Assembly (NCBI GenBank): GCA_965243205.1
Contig: CBDEUK010000002.1
Span: 480,001 to 544,000 of the forward strand
Source: Gammaproteobacteria bacterium
GTDB taxonomy: Bacteria > Pseudomonadota > Gammaproteobacteria > Eutrophobiales > Eutrophobiaceae
Reading direction: 5' to 3'
Length of the DNA: 64,000 bases
Position 1 is the first letter of the stretch, and each line of letters opens with the position of its first letter. This document shows positions 1 to 10,319 of the stretch, piece by piece. A program made the translations under genes and the position numbers. Under the pieces are notes generated by a model, which was not told where the DNA came from, ran no database searches, and saw only the letters and a program-made list of their open reading frames with translations.

Positions 1-117
1 AGTTCCCATGTCACGTACAGCGGCATCGCCATATATCCATAAAATACTACAAACATAAACCGAACAAAATATTATGAACAAAAATACGCCTAGAACGTTT
101 TCAAATGATACGGCCAT
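1..117 (-). CDS. Small membrane protein, N-terminal part (truncated by window edge)
   Basis: Read by hand: MAVSFENVLGVFLFIIFCSVYVCSILWIYGDAAVRDMGT..., with AAGGAG upstream at the end of the MFS gene; one hydrophobic helix followed by a W-x-Y-x-D-A-x-x-R motif. Confidence 0.6.
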   Translation of the reverse strand, partial: MAVSFENVLGVFLFIIFCSVYVCSILWIYGDAAVRDMGT

Positions 118-121
118 AGTA

Positions 122-1810
122 TCACTCCTTCATATAATGTTTTGCATCAACAGGTCGCATAGTAGCGTTCATAATCAATGCTATAAATAATAAAGTTGCC
201 ATTAAATACATAGTCGTATTATACAAGCTTGGAGTTGGATCAATCGTACCTGCAGGTGCAATTTCCATTAACTTTGCAATTGTCACTGTTTTAGCCGCAA
301 CTAATTGTTCTAATTGTTCTACACCAGCACCAAAGGTTGTTTTAAAAGTAGCTGGATCAATTTTAGACACTAAATCATTGATCGCATTATTAACAGAAAT
401 TTCACGAAGAGATGTAATTGCAACAGGTCCAAATACTCCAGCACTACTCCATGCTGTTAACAATCGACCATGTATACCACCAACATATTTTGTTCCAAAG
501 ATATCCGCAAGATAAGCTGGTATCGTTGCAAAACCTCCTCCATACATAGTAAAGATGATCATTGTGGCGGCGTAGAAATACACTAACCAAACAACCGATG
601 GATTGATACTAGCTTGTTGAGCGGTATATGGAATAGAACAATACAAAATAATACCTAAAGTAAAAAATACCCAATAAGTATTACGTCTGCCTAAATAGTC
701 TGAAGTACTTGCCCAGAAAAAACGTCCAACCATGTTAAATAAACTGATCATCAAAACGTAAGTTGAAGCAAAACCAAAATCAACTATACCAGGCAAGCTT
801 GTGCCAAAAATTTCTTTAATCATTGTTTTAGCTACTGCAAGCACACCAATACCTGCAGTCACGTTAAAACATAATACAATCCAAAGTTGATAAAATTGAC
901 GTGTTTTTAATGCTTCATCAATATGCACATGATGTTGTGTAATCATACTGCTCTTGCCATTATCTTTGGGTGGTTCCCAACCGGCTGGTTTCCAATCTTC
1001 GGCTGGTACACGATAGGAAAATGCAGCAATTAACATAACAACAAAATAAATCGCACCTAAGGAGAAAAATGCTTGTGCTACTCCAACAGTTCCAGAGCCT
1101 ACTAAGTAAACACCTTCTGGGCCTGGCACAATCATATTGCCAATATCATTCGCACCAATCACCACAACTTCTTTCAGTTCTCCAGCGACTTCAGCTAAAC
1201 GTCTTCCAAAATCATCTGTCGTTAATTTAATAGCATCAACAGTTCCTAAATACTCTGGAGCAACATAAAACAACCTTACAAATGGCTCGATCATAAATTT
1301 GGCAATCATGGCACCACCGCCAAAACCCATAATCGCTAATCCAGTTGCCATGCCTCTTCTATCAGGAAACCAACGAATCAAAGTACTGACAGGCGAAACA
1401 TAGCCTAGACCTAGACCACAACCACCAACGACTCCATAACCTATATAAAGTAACCAAAGCTGGCCTGTTAAAATTCCAAAACCGCCGATGAAAAAGCCCC
1501 CTGCCCAACAACAAGCTGCAACTACTCCAACCATTCTGGGACCAACTTTTTCTAGCCATTTACCTGCGATGGCAGCGGATAAGCCTAGAAAAACTATAGC
1601 AACGGTGAAAATCCACACAACTTGACTAAGCGTCCAATCACCAGATGAACTAGTAACAACACCTAAACGTTTAATCAAAGCTGGATTAAATAGGCTCCAT
1701 GCGTAGACAGAACCGATACAGAGGTGAATACCAAGTGCCGCTGGCGCGATAAGCCAACGGTTAAATCCAGGTTTTGCTACTATGCGTTGCTTAGAAAGTA
1801 AGCCCGACAT
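122..1810 (-). CDS. OFA-family (oxalate/formate antiporter-like) MFS transporter
   Basis: Motifs IHLCIGSVYAWS, GLGLGYVSPVSTLIRWFPDRRGMATG and GGIHGRLLTAWS; about 12 TM segments; divergent from moaA-fdhD. Confidence 0.85.
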   Translation of the reverse strand: MSGLLSKQRIVAKPGFNRWLIAPAALGIHLCIGSVYAWSLFNPALIKRLGVVTSSSGDWTLSQVVWIFTVAIVFLGLSAAIAGKWLEKVGPRMVGVVAACCWAGGFFIGGFGILTGQLWLLYIGYGVVGGCGLGLGYVSPVSTLIRWFPDRRGMATGLAIMGFGGGAMIAKFMIEPFVRLFYVAPEYLGTVDAIKLTTDDFGRRLAEVAGELKEVVVIGANDIGNMIVPGPEGVYLVGSGTVGVAQAFFSLGAIYFVVMLIAAFSYRVPAEDWKPAGWEPPKDNGKSSMITQHHVHIDEALKTRQFYQLWIVLCFNVTAGIGVLAVAKTMIKEIFGTSLPGIVDFGFASTYVLMISLFNMVGRFFWASTSDYLGRRNTYWVFFTLGIILYCSIPYTAQQASINPSVVWLVYFYAATMIIFTMYGGGFATIPAYLADIFGTKYVGGIHGRLLTAWSSAGVFGPVAITSLREISVNNAINDLVSKIDPATFKTTFGAGVEQLEQLVAAKTVTIAKLMEIAPAGTIDPTPSLYNTTMYLMATLLFIALIMNATMRPVDAKHYMKE

Positions 1811-2053
1811 AATAAATCTCCCAACTCAAGTTATTATTATTGTTTACCCTATTTTATAAGGTTGTAGTCATTCTCACATGATTCATGACAGAATGTTATA
1901 AGCGCTTACCGAAGTCAAGTTCCAGTCATATAAGTCATAAAAATTAAGAGTTTATTCATCTATTTAAAGGTTATAATGCATTGCTTTTGACCAAAACTTA
2001 TGAAAAAAATATAATTCAACTAATTGAATTCATTTAAATTTTAGGAAACGTTA

Positions 2054-3055
2054 TTGTCTAATTCTGCAACACAGCTAACCGATAAATTCGGCCGTACTGT
2101 TGACTATCTCAGGATCTCCGTAACTGATCGTTGTGATTTTCGCTGTGTCTATTGTATGGCGGAAGAAATGCAATTTGTTCCAAGAAAAAACTTACTCACT
2201 TTAGAAGAGCTATCAATGATTGCTCGTGCTTTCACTGAACTGGGTACAAAAAAAATTCGCATCACGGGCGGTGAACCTTTAATCAGACGCAATGTATTAA
2301 AACTATTTAAGGACATTGGAGCTTTGCCAGGATTAAACGAATTAGTTACGACCACTAATGGTTCTCAGTTAACAAAAATGTCTGCTGAGCTTAAAGAAGC
2401 TGGTGTTAAAAGAATTAATGTAAGTTTAGATTCATTAAACCCTGAGAAATTTAAACGTATCACTCGGGTAGGTGAACTTAAAGTTGTACTTGATGGTATT
2501 GATAGTGCAATTGAATCAGGTTTTGAAAAAATTAAAATTAATTCAGTTATTTTAAAAAATCGTAACGATGATGAAATTATTGATTTAGTTAATTACTCAA
2601 TTGATAAAGGAATTGATATTAGTTTTATAGAAGAAATGCCTTTAGGTGTTATTGGGGACCATGATAGAGCTGAGGCTTATTATTCAAGCGATCAAATCAA
2701 AGCTGATTTAGAACAACATTTTTCATTAATACCAACCACTGAAACTACTGGTGGTCCCTCTAAATATTATCGCCTTGCTGATTCTAAAACTCGTATTGGA
2801 TTTATATCACCTCATTCACATAATTTTTGTGATACCTGTAATCGAGTTCGTCTAACTTGCGAAGGCCGTTTATTACTTTGTTTAGGACAAGAACATTCTG
2901 TCGACTTACGTGCAATCGTGCGTGAATATCCAAACGATATGAATAAACTTAAACAAACGATTATCGACTCTATGGACATTAAACCTAAAGGTCATGAATT
3001 TGATCTAACTGAGAAACCTATTTTATTCCGTCATATGAATGTGACGGGAGGTTAA
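2054..3055 (+). CDS. moaA: GTP 3',8-cyclase (radical SAM)
   Basis: YLRISVTDRCDFRCVYCM, C-terminal FCDTCNRVRLT...LCL and terminal GG; TTG start. Confidence 0.97.
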   Translation: MSNSATQLTDKFGRTVDYLRISVTDRCDFRCVYCMAEEMQFVPRKNLLTLEELSMIARAFTELGTKKIRITGGEPLIRRNVLKLFKDIGALPGLNELVTTTNGSQLTKMSAELKEAGVKRINVSLDSLNPEKFKRITRVGELKVVLDGIDSAIESGFEKIKINSVILKNRNDDEIIDLVNYSIDKGIDISFIEEMPLGVIGDHDRAEAYYSSDQIKADLEQHFSLIPTTETTGGPSKYYRLADSKTRIGFISPHSHNFCDTCNRVRLTCEGRLLLCLGQEHSVDLRAIVREYPNDMNKLKQTIIDSMDIKPKGHEFDLTEKPILFRHMNVTGG

Positions 3056-3913
3056 ATGTCTACAAATAATCAACCGGAACTGAGTCAAGCCGGTCTTGAA
3101 CCTACCATTGCTGTTATAGCAACAGATGAATATCAAAACAAACGACAAATGTTCATTGCCGATGAACGTCCATTAACCATCTATGTCGATAGTTATGAAA
3201 TCGTTACATTAATGACCTTAGGCACTAACCCAGAACTATTAACTTTAGGCTATTTAAAAAACCAAGGTATCATAAAAGATATTGCTGAAATCAAATCCGT
3301 TCAAGTTGATTGGGAAGTCAATGCTGCTGCCGTAACCACCCAATCAAAACGAGATGATTGGCAAGATAAACTAGGGCCACGTATCGTTACGACTGGCTGT
3401 GGTCAAGGCACGGTTTATGGCAATATTCTTGAAAATTTAGAATCTTTAAATATTAATCCAATCAAAATAAAACAATCTGATTTATATCGCTTATTAAAAA
3501 ATCTCAATGCTTATAATGAAGTTTATAAAAATGCTGGCGCGGTTCATGGTTGCGCACTATGTAATTTAGTTAATATAGAAATATTTATTGAAGACGTCGG
3601 CAGACATAATGCTGTTGATGCAATCGCTGGCAAGATGTGGTTAGAAAATATTTCTGGCACTAATAAAATATTTTATACCACTGGGAGATTAACCTCTGAA
3701 ATGGTAATGAAAGTTGCACAAATGCAGATCCCAGTTTTGTTATCTCGTTCAGGAATTACTCAAATGGGTTTGAAACTAGCGCAAGATACTGGCGTGACTT
3801 TATTATCAAGAGCCAAAGGCAAACACTTTCTTGTGTACAACGGCAGTGAAAATATTATTTATGATGTTGAACTACCTCAGAAAAAAGAAGTAAGTCATTT
3901 AATAGCTGAATAA
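3056..3913 (+). CDS. fdhD: Formate dehydrogenase accessory sulfurtransferase
   Basis: TTGCGQG, GAVHGCAL, EDVGRHNAVDAIAG and TTGRLTSEMV motifs. Confidence 0.95.
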   Translation: MSTNNQPELSQAGLEPTIAVIATDEYQNKRQMFIADERPLTIYVDSYEIVTLMTLGTNPELLTLGYLKNQGIIKDIAEIKSVQVDWEVNAAAVTTQSKRDDWQDKLGPRIVTTGCGQGTVYGNILENLESLNINPIKIKQSDLYRLLKNLNAYNEVYKNAGAVHGCALCNLVNIEIFIEDVGRHNAVDAIAGKMWLENISGTNKIFYTTGRLTSEMVMKVAQMQIPVLLSRSGITQMGLKLAQDTGVTLLSRAKGKHFLVYNGSENIIYDVELPQKKEVSHLIAE

Positions 3914-3919
3914 ATTATT

Positions 3920-4525
3920 ATGAATAACATTCATAAACATGACGATGTTACTGCGATTATTCTTGCTGGTGGGCAAGCGAGACGCATGGATGGTGTTGAT
4001 AAAGGTTTAGTCGAATTGAATCATAAAGCGATGATTGAGTACGTTATTGATAACATAAAAAACCAAACTGATTGGATCATAATTAATGCAAATCGCAATC
4101 AGGATATTTACGAGCAATATCAATATCCCGTTATTCCTGACGACATACCTGACTATGCAGGGCCATTATCTGGCATAGCCAGTTGTTTAAAATTAACTTT
4201 AACGCGCTTCATAGTGACTTGCCCTTGTGACTCGCCTTTCGTCCCTCATAATTTAATTCAAAGATTGCATAATAATTTAGAAGACAACCAATCCGATATT
4301 AGCGTTGCTCATGATGGGGAACGTATGCAACCTGTATTTTCATTAATTAAAGTCAGTTTATTACCATCGTTATTAGATTACTTATCATCTGGAGAACGTA
4401 AAATTGATCGATGGTTCCAACAACATCGATTATCTCTATGTGATTTTTCAGATAATAAAGACGCGTTCATCAATATCAATACATTAGAAGAAAAAGCTGC
4501 AATAGAAAAAAAGTTGAATGAATAA
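3920..4525 (+). CDS. mobA: Molybdenum cofactor guanylyltransferase
   Basis: ILAGGQARRMDGVDKGL, GPLSG, PCDSPF and NINT motifs. Confidence 0.95.
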   Translation: MNNIHKHDDVTAIILAGGQARRMDGVDKGLVELNHKAMIEYVIDNIKNQTDWIIINANRNQDIYEQYQYPVIPDDIPDYAGPLSGIASCLKLTLTRFIVTCPCDSPFVPHNLIQRLHNNLEDNQSDISVAHDGERMQPVFSLIKVSLLPSLLDYLSSGERKIDRWFQQHRLSLCDFSDNKDAFININTLEEKAAIEKKLNE

Positions 4526-5042
4526 AAAACAGAACATACCAATGATAGGTTTTGCAGCTTATAGTGGCACAGGCAAAACTACATTATTAAAGAAACTAAT
4601 CCCTGAATTAAAATCATATGGTTTAGGTATTGCGGTTATTAAACATGCGCATCATTCATTTGAAATTGATCATGAAGGTAAAGATAGTTATGAACTACGT
4701 AAAGCTGGAGCCGATCAATTGCTCATAGGCTCTAGGGAGCGCTGGGCATTAATCGTTGAAAAACCTGATGAGGATTTATCTTTAGAAGACTACATACAAA
4801 ATCTAAATTTAGATAAAACCGATTTAGTACTTGTCGAAGGTTTTAAACCAGAAAAGATCGCTAAAATTGAATTATGTCGCCCTAGTTTAAATAAGGAACC
4901 TTTTTATATAAACGATGACTCTATCATAGCTGTCGCAACAGATGATAAAAAGCACCACGAAACCCAACTTCCGTTGCTCGACATAAATAACCCAAAACAA
5001 ATCAGCGAATTTATTATTGATTATTTTAAATTATCCGTATGA
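4518..5042 (+). CDS. mobB: Molybdopterin-guanine dinucleotide biosynthesis protein B
   Basis: SGTGKTTL P-loop, IKHAHH, GKDSYELRKAGA and LVEGFK. Confidence 0.95.
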   Translation: MNKKQNIPMIGFAAYSGTGKTTLLKKLIPELKSYGLGIAVIKHAHHSFEIDHEGKDSYELRKAGADQLLIGSRERWALIVEKPDEDLSLEDYIQNLNLDKTDLVLVEGFKPEKIAKIELCRPSLNKEPFYINDDSIIAVATDDKKHHETQLPLLDINNPKQISEFIIDYFKLSV

Positions 5043-6319
5043 CATCAAACGATAAAAACTCTATTAAAACCGAAATCAGCTGTAAAGACGATTATGATCC
5101 TAATTCATTAACGCCTGATGAAGCTAACAGACGTATTCGTAATAGTGTTAACATTACTAATCAAGTTGAAACCACTGCTATTCGAGAAAGTCTAGGTAGA
5201 ATCTTAGCAAAAGATATTATATCAACTATGAATGTACCTTCTGCTACTAACTCAGCTATGGATGGTTATGCCATTCGAGGTCAAGATATTCCTGAAACAG
5301 GCATTCAATCGTTCGAACTCATTGGTAATAGCTTCGCTGGGAATGCGTTTTCTGGAAATGTAAAACAAAACCAAACTGTACGTATCATGACAGGTGCCGT
5401 TATGCCAGCAGGAACAGATACTGTTGTCATGCAAGAAAACACAGAAGTTATTTCAGAAACTCAAATTAATATCGGCCAAGATACAAAAACTGGCGACAAC
5501 GTTAGACAAGCCGGCGAAGATATAAATATAAATGATGTCGTACTCAGCGCTGGACAAATACTTTCTCCAGCAGATATTGGTTTAATTGCTTCTCTTGGAC
5601 AAGCTGAGGTTTCTGTTTATAAAAAACTTAGAGTTGCATTTTTCTCTACAGGCGATGAATTGCGCTCTATCGGTGAAGAATTAGAACCTGGCATGATCTA
5701 CGATAGTAATCGTTACACGCTATATAGCATGTTAAAACAATTGGATGTTGAGATTATCGATATGGGTGTGGTGAAAGATATTAAGGAAGATATAGATACT
5801 GCATTTAAACAAGCTTCTGAACAAGCCGATGTTATCATCACTTCTGGTGGTGTATCGGTTGGTGATGCTGACTTTGTTAAAGCCAGTTTAGAAAGCCAAG
5901 GCGAGATGAATTTTTGGAAAGTGGCTATGAAACCAGGTCGGCCCTTAACCTTTGGCAAGATCAATAATGCTTACTTCTTTGGTTTACCGGGTAACCCTGT
6001 TTCTGTCATGGTAACGTTTTATCAATTTGTACAACCCGCTTTAAAATACATGATGGGTAATCAACATTTAAATGAATTTACCATACGTGTTAAATGTGAA
6101 AGTAAATTACGCAAACGTCCCGGTCGAGTTGAATATCAAAGAGGTATTCTAACTAAGAACGAAGAAGGTGAATTAACTGTTAGAAAAACCGGTGCCCAAG
6201 GTTCTGGTATTTTAAAATCCATGTCGAGTGCCAATTGCTTTATTGTTTTACCGCTAGAAAGTGATGGCGTACGCCCTAATGATTGGGTTGACGTTCAACC
6301 TTTTCATGGTGGATTGTAA
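5039..6319 (+). CDS. moeA: Molybdopterin molybdotransferase (gephyrin-like)
   Basis: SAMDGYA, RIMTGA, FSTGDEL, TSGGVSVGD, MKPGRP and GLPGNPVS. Confidence 0.97.
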   Translation: MTSNDKNSIKTEISCKDDYDPNSLTPDEANRRIRNSVNITNQVETTAIRESLGRILAKDIISTMNVPSATNSAMDGYAIRGQDIPETGIQSFELIGNSFAGNAFSGNVKQNQTVRIMTGAVMPAGTDTVVMQENTEVISETQINIGQDTKTGDNVRQAGEDININDVVLSAGQILSPADIGLIASLGQAEVSVYKKLRVAFFSTGDELRSIGEELEPGMIYDSNRYTLYSMLKQLDVEIIDMGVVKDIKEDIDTAFKQASEQADVIITSGGVSVGDADFVKASLESQGEMNFWKVAMKPGRPLTFGKINNAYFFGLPGNPVSVMVTFYQFVQPALKYMMGNQHLNEFTIRVKCESKLRKRPGRVEYQRGILTKNEEGELTVRKTGAQGSGILKSMSSANCFIVLPLESDGVRPNDWVDVQPFHGGL

Positions 6320-6485
6320 AAATTAAACTCATCAGTTCTTTCTTAATAAATCTTCTATTTCGTCTCTAACCGCTGAATTAATCTAACCTTGTTGTATAAC
6401 TTTCTATGTTTTTCAAACAACACGGCTCTATATAAATTCTATCTTCTTAATTATTGATTTAAATAATGCTACTACAGATGTAGAT

Positions 6486-6501
6486 TGGCATTATTCCTGC
6501 T
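6486..6501 (+). promoter_or_regulatory. Candidate sigma54 (-24/-12) promoter for the ParA-like gene
   Basis: TGGCATTATTCCTGCT has GG and GC at canonical spacing, about 120 nt upstream of the ATG at 6621. Confidence 0.45.
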
Positions 6502-6620
6502 GCTATGTTTTGAATAAATATGCTCAAAATACTAATTATTTATTTGAAAAAAGTTAATTATTATTTATAGTTAGAGAATAAACTAAAATAACAACTTTAA
6601 TAGTGTGACGTAATATACAA

Positions 6621-7382
6621 ATGGATCTACATTCCATTCATTCTTCCGGCATTAAAGTAAAACGAGTAACCATTCTGAACTCGAAAGGTGGCTGTGGGAA
6701 ATCCACTCTGTCCACAAATCTCGCCAGTATTTATTCGACAAATCAACTACGTACAACACTTATTGATCATGATCCTCAAGGTTCTTCTATACGTTGGCTG
6801 AATCTTCGTTCTAATCATTATCCAAATATTCATGGAATTAACGCGGCGGTTCCACAAGCAGGAGTTACCCGAAGCTGGCAAATGCGAATCCCTGCAGGAA
6901 CCGATAGGCTAATTATTGATACACCAGCTGGTGTTCGAGGCATGGAATTGAATGATTTCGCAAATAATACCGATTTCATTTTAATTCCAGTAGTGCCTTC
7001 TGACGGAGATATTCATGCGACTACACAGTTAATTGCTGAATTACTACTGAACGTAAAGGTGCGCTCATTGGGCGTAAAAGTTGGTGTTGTTGCGAATCGC
7101 GTTAAGAAAAATACCCGAATATTAGAGCAGCTCTATAAATTTTTAGAGCATGTTAAATTTCCTTGTGTCACGGTCTTACGGGACACTCAAAACTATGTCA
7201 ATGCATCCAAACAAGGGCTAGGAATTCATGAAGTCGCTGCAGCTTCAGTGGTGAATGAAGATTTAAAAAGCTGGGATAATTTATTAGCGTTTCTAGAAGA
7301 TGGCAGTGTTCTGGATGTTCATAAATCAGTGCCATCACAAGTCATTGATATTACATCAAAAATAAGCAACTTAAACAAATAA
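6621..7382 (+). CDS. Orphan ParA/MinD-family ATPase
   Basis: NSKGGCGKSTL deviant Walker A, IDHDPQGSS and IIDTPAG; no parB nearby. Confidence 0.88.
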   Translation: MDLHSIHSSGIKVKRVTILNSKGGCGKSTLSTNLASIYSTNQLRTTLIDHDPQGSSIRWLNLRSNHYPNIHGINAAVPQAGVTRSWQMRIPAGTDRLIIDTPAGVRGMELNDFANNTDFILIPVVPSDGDIHATTQLIAELLLNVKVRSLGVKVGVVANRVKKNTRILEQLYKFLEHVKFPCVTVLRDTQNYVNASKQGLGIHEVAAASVVNEDLKSWDNLLAFLEDGSVLDVHKSVPSQVIDITSKISNLNK

Positions 7383-7387
7383 CAGTA

Positions 7388-7831
7388 TTATTCCGAATAG
7401 CCAGCCGTATTCTTTTCTACCCAGCGTTCTCCTTGCTCTAGTTGTTCTTTTTTCCAAAATGGTGCTTTGGATTTTAGATCTTCCATAATGAATCGACAGG
7501 CCTCAAACGCATCGAGCCGATGTTCAGACCACACAGCCACTAATACAATTGCATCACCAATAGCCACTTTTCCAATGCGATGTAGTAGCAACACATCCAG
7601 TAACTGCCATTTTTCACTGGCGGCATCAATTATCGTCTGAAGATGTTTTTCAGTCATCTCAGGGTAATGTTCTAAGGTCATAGATATGACCTTATCGCCT
7701 TCATTACTGTTACGCATAAAGCCTATAAAGCTAGCTTGTGCACCAAATTTACCCAGCTTCAAACGCTTTTGTTCGTAAGATTCAAGCTCTTGATAAGGGT
7801 TGTAAATATCAGGACGTATTTCAATTTGCAT
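7388..7831 (-). CDS. moaE: Molybdopterin synthase catalytic subunit
   Basis: LEHYPEMT, HRIG, HR..AFEACRFIMEDLKSKAPFWKKE. Confidence 0.96.
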   Translation of the reverse strand: MQIEIRPDIYNPYQELESYEQKRLKLGKFGAQASFIGFMRNSNEGDKVISMTLEHYPEMTEKHLQTIIDAASEKWQLLDVLLLHRIGKVAIGDAIVLVAVWSEHRLDAFEACRFIMEDLKSKAPFWKKEQLEQGERWVEKNTAGYSE

Positions 7832-7839
7832 AGATTGAT

Positions 7840-8073
7840 TTAACCACCCGTTACAGGTGGGAAAAAGGCCACTTCATCGCCATCATGTATCTGTGTATCT
7901 TTGGTTACGTATTCCATATTAATTGCAGATTTGATTGTTTCCGCCAAATCATTATTACCTGACACCTGTTGCCAAAGTTGCTGTACAGTAGTGTTTGGCT
8001 TCAGCTCAAGTGCTTCTTCTGAACAGCCGATAGCTTCTTTCAGACTTGCGAAATATTTTACTTTAACTTTCAT
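7840..8073 (-). CDS. moaD: Molybdopterin synthase sulfur carrier
   Basis: VKYFASLKE and C-terminal DGDEVAFFPPVTGG. Confidence 0.97.
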   Translation of the reverse strand: MKVKVKYFASLKEAIGCSEEALELKPNTTVQQLWQQVSGNNDLAETIKSAINMEYVTKDTQIHDGDEVAFFPPVTGG

Positions 8074-8186
8074 TTAAATATTTAATATTATCAATAATTT
8101 ATAAATTAGTCTTAATGTTAATAATTGGTTATTTATAGTGAATATTGTACACTATTCTTAATCATGAATTTGGATCAGAATAAACT

Positions 8187-8666
8187 ATGAGCAAATTAAC
8201 GCATTTTAACGCCCAAGGCGAAGCCCATATGGTAGACGTTGGTGATAAAGCAATTACACACCGCGTTGCTGTCGCCGAAGGAGCTATATCTATGCAGGCA
8301 GAAACATTGAAAATGATCCAACAAGGGGAACATAAAAAAGGCGATGTGTTAGGCATTGCTCGTACAGCGGGGATTATGGCTTCGAAAAAAACTTCGGAAT
8401 TGATCCCCTTATGTCACCCTATTTCGTTAACGCATGTTGAAATCGATTTAGCCACCATTCCTGATTTAAACCGCGTCCATTGTGTAGTAAGGACAGAGTC
8501 TCGTGACCAAACTGGCGTTGAAATGGAAGCGCTTGCCGCCGTTCAAGTAACGCTATTGACCATATATGATATGTGTAAAGCTGTAGATCGAGGCATGGAA
8601 ATATCACAAGTACGTTTATTAGAAAAGTCTGGCGGTAAATCTGGAGATTGGAAACGAGAAGAATAA
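8187..8666 (+). CDS. moaC: Cyclic pyranopterin monophosphate synthase
   Basis: [26 protein letters not shown] and IYDMCKAVD. Confidence 0.98.
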   Translation: MSKLTHFNAQGEAHMVDVGDKAITHRVAVAEGAISMQAETLKMIQQGEHKKGDVLGIARTAGIMASKKTSELIPLCHPISLTHVEIDLATIPDLNRVHCVVRTESRDQTGVEMEALAAVQVTLLTIYDMCKAVDRGMEISQVRLLEKSGGKSGDWKREE

Positions 8667-9185
8667 TTAAGCAATCTCCTTGGCTAAATATTCTAACGTT
8701 CGATTAAACGTGGCTTGAATAACCCAGGCATCGCTACTGGCACGATGTCGAATCAGTTTTTCTTCTTCAATTACCTCTTGTTTCGTTTTATCCCAAATAA
8801 GCATTTGCTGCTCACTTAATAGCATTTCAAGCGGACTTACATAAAACTCCATATCTACCTGAGCATATTGAAATAATGTAATTAACCAAGGTTTATCGAC
8901 TACCCAACCATCTGAATAAATAGTTTTATTCTTTAGAAGGCCATTTAATTCAAGTGCAACTTTTTGAACCGATTTACCATATTGAAATAAACAATCTCGA
9001 GTAATCCCATGAATTTGTTCGGCACTTTTATCCCAATGTTTCCATTCATCTACTGGTGTTATTAAGGTGCAAAACTTTACATCCTGTTCTAATACAATTC
9101 CGACTTCAATTGGATAACTATCGATTCCAAATCCAGAAGCTTCAACATCAATAATGAAAGGATTTCTTTTGTGTCCTTCTAACAT
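8667..9185 (-). CDS. DEDDh-like 3'-5' exonuclease-fold protein
   Basis: IIDVEASG (ExoI-like), SYPIEVG, IHGI and HRASSDA (ExoIII-like). Confidence 0.7.
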   Translation of the reverse strand: MLEGHKRNPFIIDVEASGFGIDSYPIEVGIVLEQDVKFCTLITPVDEWKHWDKSAEQIHGITRDCLFQYGKSVQKVALELNGLLKNKTIYSDGWVVDKPWLITLFQYAQVDMEFYVSPLEMLLSEQQMLIWDKTKQEVIEEEKLIRHRASSDAWVIQATFNRTLEYLAKEIA

Positions 9186-9335
9186 TTGTTATTTATCCCT
9201 TTTACTACGGTTTTAACAATAGGATTAACGATAAAATTCATAAATTCTTTAAAGAAGTTTTTCTAATAATTACGCATCATGTATTATTGATACTACAATA
9301 TTATTACCGCATTAAACTCGTATCTATTATTTTCA

Positions 9336-10238
9336 ATGCAGCAATTCAAATACATTCTTTCTTGGGTCCTGTGGCCGGCTTTATTCATCATCTGTTGTTT
9401 GATTACCCAATTAGGTTTTCACTATGATTCGCCGATTCTTTATTTCAATATAGCCTATTTATTTTTAATTGTTTCGTTATTTTTCCTTGAGCAATGGATG
9501 CCCCATGAACGTGCATGGCTAGAACCAGATGGGCAAAACATCGCTAGTATTTTGCATACTTTAACCAGTAAAGGTACTGTGCAAGGAATATTATTATTCA
9601 GTGGCGTGATCGGTTTTGCTGAATATGTTACTCCGCTTTCAGAGCCAGCATATTCTATTTGGCCTAGAGATTGGCCTTTATGGACACAGGTCCTTCTCGG
9701 TGTGACTGCTGCAGAGTTTGGTCTTTATTGGGCACACAGACTCGCACATGAAGTTCCATTGATATGGCGCTTTCATGCCATTCACCATAGTGTTACAAAA
9801 TTATGGTTTTTAAATACCGGTCGCTTCCACTTCATCGATAGTTTATTCAGTATCGCTCTCGGTATTTGTATCTTATTAGCGCTAGGCGCTCCATTAGAAG
9901 TTGTGACATGGCTAAGCGCGATTACGGCCTTCATCGGCATGTTAACCCATACCAATGTTGAAATGCGTTTTGGTTGGATAAACTATATATTTAATACACC
10001 AGGCCTACATCGTTGGCACCATTCAAAAAAAATTCACGAAGGTAATACAAATTACGGTGAAAATATTATGTTATGGGACATAATTTTTAACACTTTTTAC
10101 AATGCAGATTACCGCCCACCAAAAGATATTGGCATTAATGATCACATGCCAAAACGGTTTATTCATCAACTAGCTTGGCCATTCTTAAATCAACAGCAAA
10201 AAACCAAATTAGACTCTGAATATAGGTCAAATATTTAA
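9336..10238 (+). CDS. Sterol desaturase/fatty-acid hydroxylase family membrane protein
   Basis: His boxes YWAHRLAH, FHAIHHS, H(TN) and HRWHHS, plus TNYG. Confidence 0.88.
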   Translation: MQQFKYILSWVLWPALFIICCLITQLGFHYDSPILYFNIAYLFLIVSLFFLEQWMPHERAWLEPDGQNIASILHTLTSKGTVQGILLFSGVIGFAEYVTPLSEPAYSIWPRDWPLWTQVLLGVTAAEFGLYWAHRLAHEVPLIWRFHAIHHSVTKLWFLNTGRFHFIDSLFSIALGICILLALGAPLEVVTWLSAITAFIGMLTHTNVEMRFGWINYIFNTPGLHRWHHSKKIHEGNTNYGENIMLWDIIFNTFYNADYRPPKDIGINDHMPKRFIHQLAWPFLNQQQKTKLDSEYRSNI

Positions 10239-10319
10239 CATAGAATTCCAAATTACATCTTAAGTATTTTTAAAAATTGCCGTTAATATTTCATTAGAAT
10301 ATTCTAATTTTTTAATGAA